From: Chlorokybus atmophyticus
Taxonomy: Eukaryota > Plantae > Mesostigma and Chlorokybus algae
Length of the DNA: 53,610 bases
Assembly (NCBI GenBank): GCA_009103225.1
Contig: RHPI01001616.1
Location: forward strand, 316,757 to 370,366
Reading direction: 5' to 3'
In this document: piece after piece, positions 1 through 12,507 of the stretch
Position numbering within the stretch: the stretch's first letter is position 1
How the letters are laid out: every line of letters starts with the position of its first letter
Notes under the pieces: model-generated
Told to the model about the DNA's origin: nothing
Database searches by the model: none
The model's input: only the letters and a program-made list of their open reading frames with translations
Position numbers and translations under genes: made by a program

Positions 1-221
1 GGGGGTGGGTGGGTGGGGGGATGTGTTGGTTGGTACTTACAAAGTGGCACCTCGTGTCTCATCGTGGCGTTTCTCTGTCTGAGTGTGTAAGCGCGTGCAG
101 CTAACACAATGCATGCTTCAGTAACACAATGCAACGACCATCAGGACGTGTGGGGTTGCTAGCTAGGTACATATCAATCCTGACGAATGCGGTCCTTGCA
201 ATTGATTGAGCTTTGGGCGGA

Positions 222-225
<4 letters not shown>

Positions 226-302
<77 letters not shown>

Positions 303-303
303 N

Positions 304-388
<85 letters not shown>
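226..388. repeat. (GA)n microsatellite, ~80 units
   Basis: Uninterrupted GA dinucleotide run apart from one N at 303. Confidence 0.98.
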
Positions 389-389
<1 letters not shown>

Positions 390-3300
390 ACTCCCGCTGG
401 ACCCACTACACGTCCATGTGTAGTGCAGTTATGGTTGGAGCCGATTGGTCAAGGCTGATTTTACCAAGCAAGCAATCAACCATCTATTCGCGTGCACTCA
501 TTACGTGTTTATGAAATGTTCCACTTACTAACTGAAGTTTCATTCACCATCTGACCCCAATATCATTGAAGCACTCATTCACACCGTTACCATGTTGGTC
601 GCATATCACTCGTTGGTGGTGCATCCTCGCAACGCAAGTCACTTGTCTGCTTTGTCGTGCGTGATCGACGCACTCACCTACTGCTCGCAGCTGCCGTATG
701 CCTCCAAGTCCCACACACTTTTTATCCAAGCACAAAACGCAGTGCACACACACACACACATGCATGCGTATGACTGCATGCGTGCTTGTGCAGAAGCTCA
801 CAGAGATGCAGGCACGCGCACGCGTGCGCACAGGGTGTATGTACCAATAAGGCGAGTATAGTATGAGGTGCATTGCGTGCGTGGCATTCTATGTGGATGT
901 GCAGCTTCTCTCTCAAACTCATTGTACGCACGCACGCACGCACGTGCACAGACTGTGACTCACACAAAGAGAGAGAGAGGGAGATTCACGTACGTCATCA
1001 TTCACACGCATACGTTCACCACGCGCACGCACATCACCACCACAGTTATCCCTCTTCCGGCCGTTCAATTCTCTCGAGGTTGAGTACCCACCACTCCCCC
1101 CTCCAGTACACACACATTCACCAACTCAACACACCGCCCCCCGAAGGAGGAGCCAGCAGAGCAGGGGGAAGTAAGCAGCCAAAGTGAAGCTAGAAGTAGC
1201 GGACATGGATGGAGGAGGAAGCTCACATGCATCTGGCTCTGGCTCTGGCTCTAGATCTGGCTCTGGATTTGGATCCGGGTCGGACAACAGCCGGAATTGC
1301 TCTGGCGCAGGCGAGAACAACGTGCAGATTGATGACCACAACCACAACTTGTGGTTGCACCACAACAACCATTATCATGATGGCTTCATGGACAGCAGCG
1401 AGCAGCCCATACACGTGGGATAGCGTGGACACGAAGTGGCCGGAGCAGTGCGCCGCCATGTTGGTAGAGAGACAAGGTGGTGCACGTGGAGGTGGAGGTG
1501 GGAGTGGGATACTGTTGGAGNTTTTCCACATCATGTTGGCTATGTCCATGTGGAGTACACCTCTTGCACACGCAACTGTGTACCACATTATCACACATGT
1601 CTCCTACCACATGCCAACACTTGTGACAGTCTCTCTCTCTTCTCAATCCCCGCATACTTGGCATGCTGTCGTCGTCATGGACACGCACAACCATGTTGTT
1701 GTGTTCAACACATCACAACAGATGGTGTGAGAGAGAGGGGGGAGAGACTGTGCGCATACGCATATGTGTGCGCTTGTGCATGTGATATAGCATGTTGTCA
1801 ATTGCAACTCGGCATTAAGTATCAGTAAACGTGATGTGGGGCGAGGATGGTGAGGTGGTTACCCACTTGGTCCACTACGCCCTCATCGTTGGTTGTTATG
1901 ATGCCCACTCCATTTGAGTTCAACTTCAACAGGTTGTTCGCCGCCTTGTCAACCAGGCAGGTGTTCTGTGGTCACACACACGCACACGCACACGCGCACG
2001 CACACGCACACATGCAGGGTTCGAGTGCGAGGTAAGGAGGTCATGAGCGGCAACTAGTAGTGCTTCACGGTAACCTGAGAAGAGGTGTGAGGCTAGTAAA
2101 CAACAATGATGATGAGGTTATGGTGCGAGAGAAGGCCGCCACAACCGCGTAGAAATAGTTGGCATGCGCATCAAGGGCCAACATGCGCGCTGCCTCCTCT
2201 TGTGCGACTGTACGTACATGAGTTATCCAGTGAGTGACAGTTGCTTAATATGTGTTGCCTCATGTCGTATCATCCATATATAACCTCTGTGCGCGCGTGT
2301 GTGCATGTGTGGGTGTGCTCGCGGACATGTGTCCAGATCGCACACAACCACGCAGGAGTTGGGTGAGTGGCGTTGAAGTTAGAGGGAAGTACAGTTATAT
2401 TAGGGGGTTGTTAAGAGGTTCTCAACATGGGTGCTTGATGAGGTTGATGACTTCGAGAATGCGATCCTGTTCTTAAGGTCTCATCGAGGGTGCGCATGGA
2501 TGAGTCGTTTCATGAACGGTTGGTTAATGCACTCATAAGTCCATACTCGCGCGATGTACACTGACTCCATCGTTGATTCGTTCCTTCATTCCATTAGTGC
2601 AGTCATCCATCATTACGTCGAGGTTGACTCATGCATCCGTATTGGTACCTACGCCATCTGCACCAATATGACCATTGGGCGCTTCTTCATTCCACCTGAA
2701 TTAGACTTCACACTTAGTAGTACGAGTCACTTTTGTTCCATGTTCCGCGCCTTCATCAGCATTTTACTCCCACAACCGTTCACTTGCTGCCTATCCCTTG
2801 ACCTCCGCGCACTGCCGCAACACGCATACATGCGCACGCACAAACATATACATGCAAAAGCCTACGCATCCACACACACGCACCCGCATGGACACGTATA
2901 CTCAGTTTTTACCCCCTCTAGCAAAGAGCTCCCAAAGCCCTTGCGCCGTGAGCTAGTGTGAGACACGTGACCTGTTCCTTTCTTGTGGATCTTCTGACTC
3001 GTACAGCAGATGAAGCGTATGTTCAGGAGCTTTTTCAATGCTTCATTGATCCATCGTGTCGGTGTTTGCAACAATGCTGATACCTTTGACAATGCTGGAG
3101 GAAAATGGGTCCTAAACCCCTCTCATTATAGCTATGGGCTTGTTCAACTACGTGACGCATGAAAGGTAGGGTGTATTTAGTTTACTACATCTTACTAGCA
3201 AACGGATGAAGAATTACAAGCCATGAGTCTTCCCTACAATGAGTTTACGCCAAATGCAAGCTGAAACGCCTCCCCAATAGGATGATGTAATAAAATTCTT

Positions 3301-5908
3301 CTCCCCCTTTGAAGCAACCTGAAGCCGTTGAGTATCAAGTCCGACCCAACATCAGATGAGATGGATCCATCTGAACATGCGACCGCAATGACCGTGTTAG
3401 CTCATCGCAGCTGCTATTTTGATCAGTGCTCAGCTCATCCAACTGTGCCTCAGATTTATACCCGACGCCTTCAGGTCGCTCTAGAGGGCGTCAAGGGGTG
3501 TACCACAACATACAGACCCACAGGCAACGCTAGAGTTCAACAGTCATGATAAAGTCACAAGCTTCCTTTACCTTCATCCATGGCCTTGGGCTATCGCACT
3601 GCAAGTGGTAGTCTACAACCATGTTTGTTTCAGTAGCGGGACATCCAAGTTGGTATTCACACCTTCTCCACGTGTGTACGTCTGAGTAGATGCAGAGTTG
3701 TCACGTGTCTCACCCCATCATCAGCTATATTCCTTTCACACTGAAGATATATAGAATTCCTGCAGAGACCTGCAACACGCGGTCATTTGCATGAGGCGTA
3801 AGCCGCAACCACAACTGTCTAGCTCAATTGCTCGCCAGACTCTCGGTCTCTCTCATAGGTGGCGTGCTCCTCGGCAGGCGTGTAATACTCGTATTGATCT
3901 GTCGCTTGGAGATGTGCATGTTCTCATTGCAACATAGACACAAGCAGGCACATGCACATGCACACACGCATGCATGCGCACGCGCAAGCACACAGGCACG
4001 CGCAATGCAACATATAGACATCTGCAACAGAGCAGATGTGAGACAGTAAGCTGTATATGATCAAAAGACAAGGGCCAACCGTAACTCACTCACAAACATA
4101 CCAATTCCCACCTTGTCAACGTAGTTGACGTACCTCCTCGCATTTGCATTCGGCAGGTCCATTACACATGGCCGAGACGGCGGGCGTAAGCTATTGATAA
4201 GACAAATCATCATCACCTTACGGAGTTAAGCGCATGTGGCGACATCCCGCACGGATATGGACGTCAGTACCTGAGCCAGATTGATTGACCCCAATGGTGC
4301 GTGCGTGCGTGCATGTGTCCGTGTGCGTGCAATTCCAGCTGGTGGCATGCATGAAGCCCTACCACGTGCGCGCGTGTGCATGTCTTCACATGCACGCGAG
4401 CACTCAACAGCAGGTGCACCAAACTACATCTTCAACCGCTGGCAGTGACACACAGCAACACCATACCACAGTATCAGAGGAGTTGTGACATCTGAACGAG
4501 AGCATGAGTGCGTGCGCGTGCACGCACTCACAGTATACACGTGTATACTGTGAATGCGTGCGTGCGTGCATGTGTGCTTGGTTGCTGCAGCGCGTGTGCA
4601 TGCGTGCTTGCGCACGCACACGCCCCATCGCAAATCGCAGACTTGAAACAAGGTTGGGTGTGCACACACCTCTGCGGCAGTGATGTGGCTGTTGGGGTTT
4701 GAACATTGAATAAGCACATGGGCGAGAGGGTTAGGCACGTCCTCGATTATACGTGACGATCTGTTACGTCTGTGGTCCGACACGTATCATGCTTTATCAA
4801 TGAGTTATGGCGCAGCGTGTACCTATCAGCAGGCATCAGCATCCACACTTGCACGTAGGCACAAAACGCCTGCATACATGTTTTGTCTTGTACACAAATA
4901 TCTGTACGTTCAACGCACTTGCATGAGTGTTCGTGCCTACTCTCCTGTACACGCACACATCCAAGTGGTTGCTTACTGGCCGGCTGCTGCTCTGTCAGCG
5001 TCCTGAGCAACAAGAATATCTGTAGTGGTGGGCGTATGCACACACGCATGCATACCTTGCCGTCTCCAATAGTTATGAAGCCTTTCCTGAAGGCTGTCCT
5101 TGCCTTTGCTCTACGTCTTTGTCTACCCTGACTGGCTGATAACGCGTGTTGGCGAGAGTAGTAACCTCCTCTCTTGGCTGCTCCAGGCCAATCAAGCACC
5201 AGTTGAAGCTGTGATAATCAGCTTTGGTGATGACGACGATGACGGTGAGGTCAAACCTACTGTTGTGTTCTTGGGAGAGAACACACGCACGCACGCGCAT
5301 GTGCATGCGCATGCAAGGTGGCAATGGCAGCTGGGTGTACGTGCGATCGCCCGTGCACAGAATACAGATCTACTTGTGATGCGATAACACAATGCAAACG
5401 CAGCAGACCTGCTGGGAGCTGATTGTCGTCGGAAATGACAACCTCAGCGTCACCGCCACCGCTCCGCACTCCCGCCACGAGCGTTGATGGCTGCAGTTTA
5501 CCCCCTCGTGCCCCATGACGACAACGACCACGACAACGACGACGATAACCACGTCGCCGCCTGACAGCAGCAGCAGCACCACTGCGCCTTGTGCCTTGAA
5601 GCTACTGAGTAACTCAGTAGTCGGGGTAAGTGAAACAGGCAAGGGGGACTCCGCAACGCACAGTGAATCAAACTGGTGGCTGGAGTTGGTAGTGCAGCCG
5701 CTTGTGCTGATTACATTAGTTCATTGAGTCAACAACAAGGTACCCTAGTAAACAAACAGTGAGTCAACTCATTCAGTACTACAGGCGGTGAATCACTTCA
5801 GTGGGTCAAAAAAAGTTGGCACAACATCTCGTGGCTAAGGGGCGGCGGCGGTCGAGGACGTGGTTGAGGCGTCGGTGGGCGTGTTGGTGGAGGACGTGCG
5901 CTGCAGTC

Positions 5909-7656
5909 ATGGAGGTGGTGTCGATGTCCATGCCCGCAGCTGCGCTAGTGGGGACGAGCTCCGTCGCACGGCCGCCGCCGCTGCCAGGCAGCCACCGGCA
6001 CGCTTGCTCTAGCTCTTCGTCTCCTTCATCTCCTCATCCTTCATGCTCCCTCCCTTCATCCTCGTCCGCCTCCCTATGCTGCTTTCCCCTCACCTCTTCC
6101 CTACCAAGCAGGCGGCTACGACGACTCACCAGGCCAACCAGGCCAGCCCACTCTACCACTACCACAGCTTCGCAGTCTGTGAATGAGTTGCCGGCGGCGC
6201 TGCAGAAGATAGTGAGGGGGTTCCAGATGGTGCCGGACCCCATGCAGAGGTACAAGCAGCTGCTGTTCTATGCGACGAAGCTCAAACCACTGCCGGCAGA
6301 AGACCACAACGACGTAAGGGGATGGGTTGTTCATCAAAGCTTGAGACACAGGCATGCACGCGCACATGCACGTTCAGTGCTAAGAATTGTTGTGGAGTGT
6401 TGTGCGCACTGTGCATGCATTTCGTGCATGGTATACACACCAAGCATGTTATGTTATACTCCGGTCCATAAGGTATTACATGCATTTTGAGCATATCAAC
6501 AACGTTTGCACGAAGCGCAATATAACCAGAACGCGTCATGTCATGGGTCATGCTAGCATTGCAGTCTCTTCACATGCTGAGCTGTAAGTCGATAGTCAAA
6601 CACGTGCACACCGTTTTGAATGCACTGCAGGCATATCTGCCTGCCGCGGATCGAAGAAATACTTGCAACTGTGGGATTGCCGGATTAGTGTGTTTCATGG
6701 TGGTCACGTGTTCGCATCGTCGTATTTGCATTGTGTGTTTCATGCATGCTCTTCGTGAGTTGCAAGTAAGTTTTGGCTGAATTGAAGTTGCTGTAACCTT
6801 TGAAGTACGATGCGCAAATTTTCGTTGAGCTGGTCTTCTTTCATATTGGTCCAGATATATTAATCAATGCAATGGCTCCTTGCGGGATCAGTAGTGGAAT
6901 AACTTTTTAAACCCATCAATTACATCAGCAATAACAACCACAACGACAACCTGATTAGCACATATTGTTATAGCGCTCAGGACTTGGGACTCAGTTGATT
7001 GTAAGCATTTGCCGTACTCGTCCATTCCATTCATCGTCTCATCATACCCTCTCCCCGCAGGGCAACAAGGTGACGGGTTGCGTGAGCCAAGTGTGGGTGG
7101 TGCCTCGTCTCGAGGACGGGAAAGTGTACTTCTCCGCCGACTCCGATTCGCAGCTCACCAAGGGACTCGCCGCACTCCTTGTGGAGGTGAGAGTGTGCAT
7201 ACGCACATATTGTGCTGACTTGTTGTGAGACATGCGGTTGCAATGGTGTGCTGTTTGTCGTCAGTGCAAGGAGGAGTATTACTATATCGTTGTGTATACA
7301 ATACCATATCACCAGATGATGTGTATGTGCAGTCTTACTACAAAATACAAGTGATGTCGTGGTAGTGCATACTCTGCTTTGCTCATCACTTTTGCAAATT
7401 TAGTCTACTGTCTTGTCCTCTGTCACTGCTCAAGCAACTTCACAAGAGTCGCATCTGTTGTGAAGCTCATGTCTTATGTTAGGGTCTGAGTGGGGCTTCT
7501 CCAGAGGAGGTACTTCGCATAACGCCCGACTTCATCACCGATTTGGGTCTGAAGCAGTCGCTCACTCCCTCGCGCAACAACGGCTTCCTCAACATGCTGA
7601 AGCTCATGCAGAAGAAGACTTTGGAGCTGTCGATGCAAGTGGGCGCTTCCAGTTGA
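5909..7656 (+). CDS. SUFE1: SufE-family cysteine desulfurase activator (Fe-S assembly), probably plastid-targeted; 3 exons
   Basis: Exons 5909-6313, 7061-7186 and 7483-7656, all phase 0 with GT-AG ends. The spliced protein reads ...IVRGFQMVPDPMQRYKQLLFYATKLKPLPAEDHND|GNKVTGCVSQVWVV...ADSDSQLTKGLAALLVE|GLSGASPEEVLRITPDFITDLGLKQSLTPSRNNGFLNMLKLMQKK. It has the acceptor Cys in GCVSQVW and a Ser/Pro/Arg-rich N-terminus resembling a transit peptide. Confidence 0.93.
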
Positions 7657-8472
7657 TATGCAATTTGCGTATGCATCTATCGTTGTGATATAGCTGTGCG
7701 CAATATAGCTGTGGTGGAGAACCATTGAAATGTGGTGTTGATAAAAGGTGGATAAAGAGTTGCTATTAAGGTGTAGATTAGGGCTAGTTGGTCCTTCTCA
7801 GAGGACGTACATGTACTGCTGCGCTGTTTTTGCACATGTTGGGTGTCACAGTTCTTAGGAACAATGCCAACCACACCATGGCGGCTGTTGCAGCAATTTA
7901 CGTGGATTGATAGCTGGCTGGATCGCCCCCACTACAAACTACAACCACACGCCACTTGCTGCAGCAATTGACTATGTCCACATTCTTGCATGCACGCATG
8001 GTGCACGGGTTTGTGCTGTAGGAGTAGTTAGTTTGATCAGATTTTTAGCTATGGAGATAGAGAGCCCAGTGGTTGCTGTATGAGTGCCTGTGACTGCGCC
8101 TGCTTGCGTGACATGCCTGTTGCCTGCTCTATGCCATGGTATGAGCCATGTGCATGCTACCGGTAGCTCTTTAAACACATGCAGGATGGATGATGGGACC
8201 CGTGCACATATAATGATGCAAGAAGTCTCGTTTATGCGTATTGCGAATGAAGTGATGCTAGATATATTAGGATTCTAGATAGCGACCACGGCAAGCCCAT
8301 ACAGACCCGCCTTGGGCATCTGGCTTAACCAATGTGCAATGTGCAATGCTATGCAAGTGCCTTGCCAATACTTGTGGACTCTGTGATGAGAAGTATCAGT
8401 GCTGTTGCATGTACAGGATATGCTCGAGGCAGTTTTGTACACGCATTATGCAAAAGCACATAAGCGCACACA

Positions 8473-8810
8473 CAAACAGCATGCAAGCCTGATCATGCCA
8501 CCACCGGGCTGATTTCTACTGCTTGTTGCTACCTAACACGCTACACGCTACCCTAGCCGTTAGACATGCATACATGTTAGTATCCATTACCTGCACAACA
8601 GGCAGCATGGCAGCGTCAACCACGATCTTCAGCGGCTGTAGCGCAGCAGCAGCAGCAAAGCAGCATGCAGCATGCCCATATGTCTCCTTCTCTCCCCCTC
8701 TCTCTCTCCCTCCCTCCCTCCCTCCCTCCCTCCCTCCTCCTCTCTCCCCCTCCTCTTCCCTCCTCCTTCTCTTCTCCGTCCTCCACCTCTTCTTCTTTCT
8801 CTTTGATCGC
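8473..8810. repeat. Dispersed repeat copy A plus (CAG)n and (CCCT)n pyrimidine tract, downstream of the Penelope-like RT fragment
   Basis: Shares collinear anchors CAAACAGCATG, CACCACCGGGCTG, CCGTTAGACA and GCAGCAGCAGCA with 42396-42595. Confidence 0.6.
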
Positions 8811-9044
8811 TGCCGCAACTGTAACCCTTGCCATTGCTGGCGTGGCAGGGCCCCTCTGCCCCGCCCCTCTGCCCTGCCCCTCTGATCCGCCCCTGTGCGT
8901 CACCCGTATGCAGTGCGGCCGCACTGCCCTGTGCAGTGTCGCTGTCAGTTAGGTGCAGGTGGAGGGGTTGGGTGGTGGGGTTGGCTGGCCGTGTCCTCCG
9001 CACGGGCGTGGTGCGTTACCATGCAGCCCGCTCCCCATGCGCAC

Positions 9045-9800
9045 TCAGTGTCCAGCAGTTCGCGTGGTGTGTGTTGCCTTGGCGCTGCGTTTAATGCTGC
9101 GTGCTGCTGTAGTGGGGCGCTGTCGCTGCAGGGCCTGAAACACCATCTTGTACAGCAGAGCCCGGGGCGTGCAGTACGCGTAACATTGTCCCGCATCATG
9201 CGTTGTCTCAAAGTGGCGTGCATTTTCTTCACAGGGTGGCCATCCGCATGTCTGTCAGCAGTCGCGTCATGGTAGTGAAAGTGGCCTTGATACGTGCACA
9301 CCCTAATGAATCTGATGTACTGTGATTCCACTCCCAACTTCACGCTCAGCGGAGCATTGGACTGTGGCAGCGGCGCACGGTGCCTCACCATGCCGTGAAA
9401 CTCGGGGAGGTCACGTTTGTTGTACGGTTTGGTGCAAATGCCGTCCGGAGTCAGAAACACCGTCAAATCAAAGAATGGTACCGAGGTACCCGCAGCTGAA
9501 CATGTCACAATCAGTGCATGCTGTGGGTACAAGCCTCCTCCCGGCGCATCGGGGCTCATGTACAGCATTGCCGCAAAATTGGGCATGCCTGCAACGAACA
9601 GGTCAGCAAGTGTAGCGCAATATCCCTCTCGCACATGCTGTCAGTCGCGACATGTCCCCTGTGGTACGCAAGTGGCCCCGCACACCGCCGCTCATCCGAC
9701 AATAGGTAGCCATTGGCCAGATGCGCGCCGGCATTATTGCCCATCGGCACGCCCACTATCTGGCGGTATAGTTCGTTTCTGGCTGTGTCTCGAGCAAATC
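9045..9800 (-). mobile_element. Degenerate, 5'-truncated Penelope-like element (PLE): reverse transcriptase C-terminal part
   Basis: Minus-strand frames give ELYRQIVGVPMGNNAGAHLANGYLLSDE (RT motif 4). After a frameshift come SVPFFDLTVF, TKPYNKRD and SNAPLSVKLGVESQYIRFIRVCTY, matching the PLE RT thumb pattern (FLDL..., T.LYDKRD, SN.P....GV..SQ..R..R.C). No intact Y(I/A)DD motif; at least two frameshifts. Confidence 0.8.
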
Positions 9801-9956
9801 ACCAATATGTTCTAAGTGTTTAGAATGAGGAGAATTGCAGAGTGTGGCTCAGCACCTCCGAAACAGCTAGCATAAAAGGACCATGGTGCCATACAGCATG
9901 ATCCGATGCATTCATGCAGCAACTGCTTGATCGAGTCTGCTTACAAATCCCGTGTA

Positions 9957-12507
9957 TCACAAATCCCGACATGTCCTCAGAGCAGCAGCCACCACATGCA
10001 TAGACCCCGTGACGCAGATGACCGGTTTGGTTGTCGCAGTTGCACTACCCTTTGCAGCTTCCGCAAGGGCATCCTGAAACTCCTCTCTTACAACAGCCCG
10101 ATGACCCGCTCTGGCCCATTCCTGAGCCAATCTGTGTGGGTCTGCTGCACGAGAGAAGCTTCCGGCGATAGGCACTCTTGTCAGAATGATGTTGTCTACA
10201 GTTGTCGGCATAGCAAACAGGTTCTGCGCAAAGCCCTCGTGGTCCTTGTCATCGGCCATGGCGATGATGAATGTTACGCTCCAATCGCCGTACACTTCCA
10301 CCAGGCTCAATGCAAGCGCCTTGGCTGCATCAGGAGTGTGCGCTGTAAACAACACACATGTTTAACTGTGAGGAGGTGTTTGCAGGAGCTTTGATGAGCT
10401 TTTCTGCCACCATAAGAGTGTCATGATAAGTCGCCTAGTTGCATGGGATGTGCGTGCATGCAGCTCACCTCCATCCAACACAATGTCCACCTCAGCATCG
10501 GTCAACCCCATCTCAGCAGCGCTAAATACTTGGAACCGCCCCGGCAGATGAGTCTGTTCCAAGCCCGCGCAAAGCGCATCATCTGGAATGTGCCAGCCTG
10601 CAACACAACGGGCATGCATTGACAACTACAGCACGCACGCACGCACATTGGTTGCAGTAGCAGGCAGGAATGCATGAGGTCACTTGCCTGCGGCTCGAAG
10701 CTGAAGTGCAGTGGCAATTGCAGTTGCTGCGTTGGCACGCTGGTGAGGACCCGGCATGCTGAGGCGCACATCAATGTTGAACGCAGAAGCAACTTGTGGG
10801 CTCTCAGTCTCTCTGGCTGACATGGAGCAGGTTGAGGGGCCAAGTTGCCTAACATCCAATATATTCTTCACCAAGCAGAGCTGTTGACACACGCATGATT
10901 AAGGAACACATTGAACAGTGTGCTTGGTATTGCGTGACTGACTATGTCTTGAGTAAACACCTGAGCACCTTTCTCTTGAGCCACATCCTGGATGACTTTG
11001 TACACTTCTGGGTGTTGTTGTGCTGCAACGATGCACTGCAAACAATTGCAACTATGAGCAGCACGCAGCAAGATCCAACATATTGAACCCAACCAAGGTA
11101 TGCTCGCTTACGGGTCTGTCCTCCCTCATGATACCGGCCTTGGCTCGAGTGATGGACTCAAGTGATCCGCCCAGCGCAGCAGCATGCTCCAGCCCGATCG
11201 ATGTCAACACTGCAGCTGCAAGTGAACGCGTGGATGACACATTGGTTGCATCCCGCACGCCCCCTAAACCTGCCTAGGCACTATGAAGGTTTACAAATAC
11301 AACCAATCATGACATAAAGTCGACCTTCCATCCAGTATAACTGATTATGGCAATGAGCATACCTCAATGACAGCAACATCTACGCGTTTGGCAGCGAAGT
11401 AGGCAAAAGCCAGGGCAGTCAACACCTGAAAAACAACAATTTGGCATCAGCATGTAACGTGGTCACTCGTGGAGCTTGTGACATTGTCAGGCAAGGATGC
11501 AGGCAGGCATCTTATGAATATCACAAATCAACATGTATGCTGATCCAATCGACATCACGTGGACATGCGTGCTAGCAAGCAACATGCGCATGCTAGCAGC
11601 AGCTGAGGCCCCAACCTCAAAGTGCGTAAGCGCGCCTTTCTCTTCCTTTTGAGCCTGATTCACAATGTTGTCGGCAGCATGCACCAGTGTTCCAACCTCA
11701 CCAATAGAGATCTCCTTGCCATCCACGCTGATGCGCTCACGAAGTGTGGTTACATGCGGCGAAGTGTACACGCCCGTGGTGTAACCCGACTGCGACAGCA
11801 TGCCGCTGATGTAAGCTGCTGTCGAGCCTTTGCCCTTGGTGCCCGCTACATGGATTACTGGGTACACCTCGTGCGGACTGCCTAACCTGTGCACAGAAAA
11901 TGAGAGTCAATGCGTCAAGTTGACATGAGCACAGCTGCAGTTGTGGTATTCAAATTCAATATACACAATGTAAGACGCCGAACACGTACCTACATATATG
12001 CACACGCATGTGCATTGCACTCTTGCACACATGTAGTGTAAGAATGTGCATGCAGGTACACGCTCACACCACGCACAACCAGTTAATGTCGAGGGTGCAG
12101 CTTTTACTATGGGCGCACAGAGCTCACCGTTCAAGCAGGCGGAACATCCTGCCGAGCTCAAAACCCTTCGCCCCATCAACGCCAGCTCCGGCGGGCACTC
12201 CTCGCCTCTCGTAGTTAGTGAACCTGTCCAGAAACGCGCCCAACCCTCCATCATCACCTTCATCACCTTTCGCTCCCCTCATTGTCACAAAACTCCTTCC
12301 AGCTGGGCTGTGGCCATCACCACATGCACCACTACTATTAGCTGTCCCCCAAAAGCACAGCCGCGGTAAGCGGCTGCAAGACGGCCAGCGCCGCCCAACC
12401 TGAGTGCGCTGCAGCTCAGACAGCAGACGTCTAGACAGCACTGATCCCGGCCTCATCGGCGAGGATGACGCCCTGCACACCGCCACCGCCGCCGGAGCTG
12501 GCTCCAT
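9957..12507 (-). CDS. DHFS: Dihydrofolate synthase / folylpolyglutamate synthase (FolC family, plant DHFS type); 8 exons
   Basis: Exons 12507-12128, 11886-11616, 11425-11363, 11273-11112, 11035-10943, 10880-10688, 10597-10469 and 10342-9957; phases are consistent and intron 6 is GC-AG. Motifs: [11 protein letters not shown] (P-loop), [47 protein letters not shown]. The N-terminal [19 protein letters not shown] block is typical of plant DHFS as I recall it. Confidence 0.92.

Noticed and set aside
101-514. ORFs with poly-(SL) or poly-(RE) translations
   Set aside because: Produced by the (GA)n microsatellite.
1184-1423. GS-repeat, His-rich 79-aa ORF on the + strand
   Set aside because: Low complexity (TCTGGC repeats), short, no domain and no exon partners that keep frame.
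5801-5908. Upstream part of the 229-aa SufE ORF, and its tail after 6313
   Set aside because: Begins at a GTG in the leader; the tail is intron read-through. ATG 5909 and the donor at 6314 fit better.
8500-9800. Hammerhead ribozyme expected near a PLE
   Set aside because: No CTGANGA...GAAA core with suitable stems found by eye on either strand.
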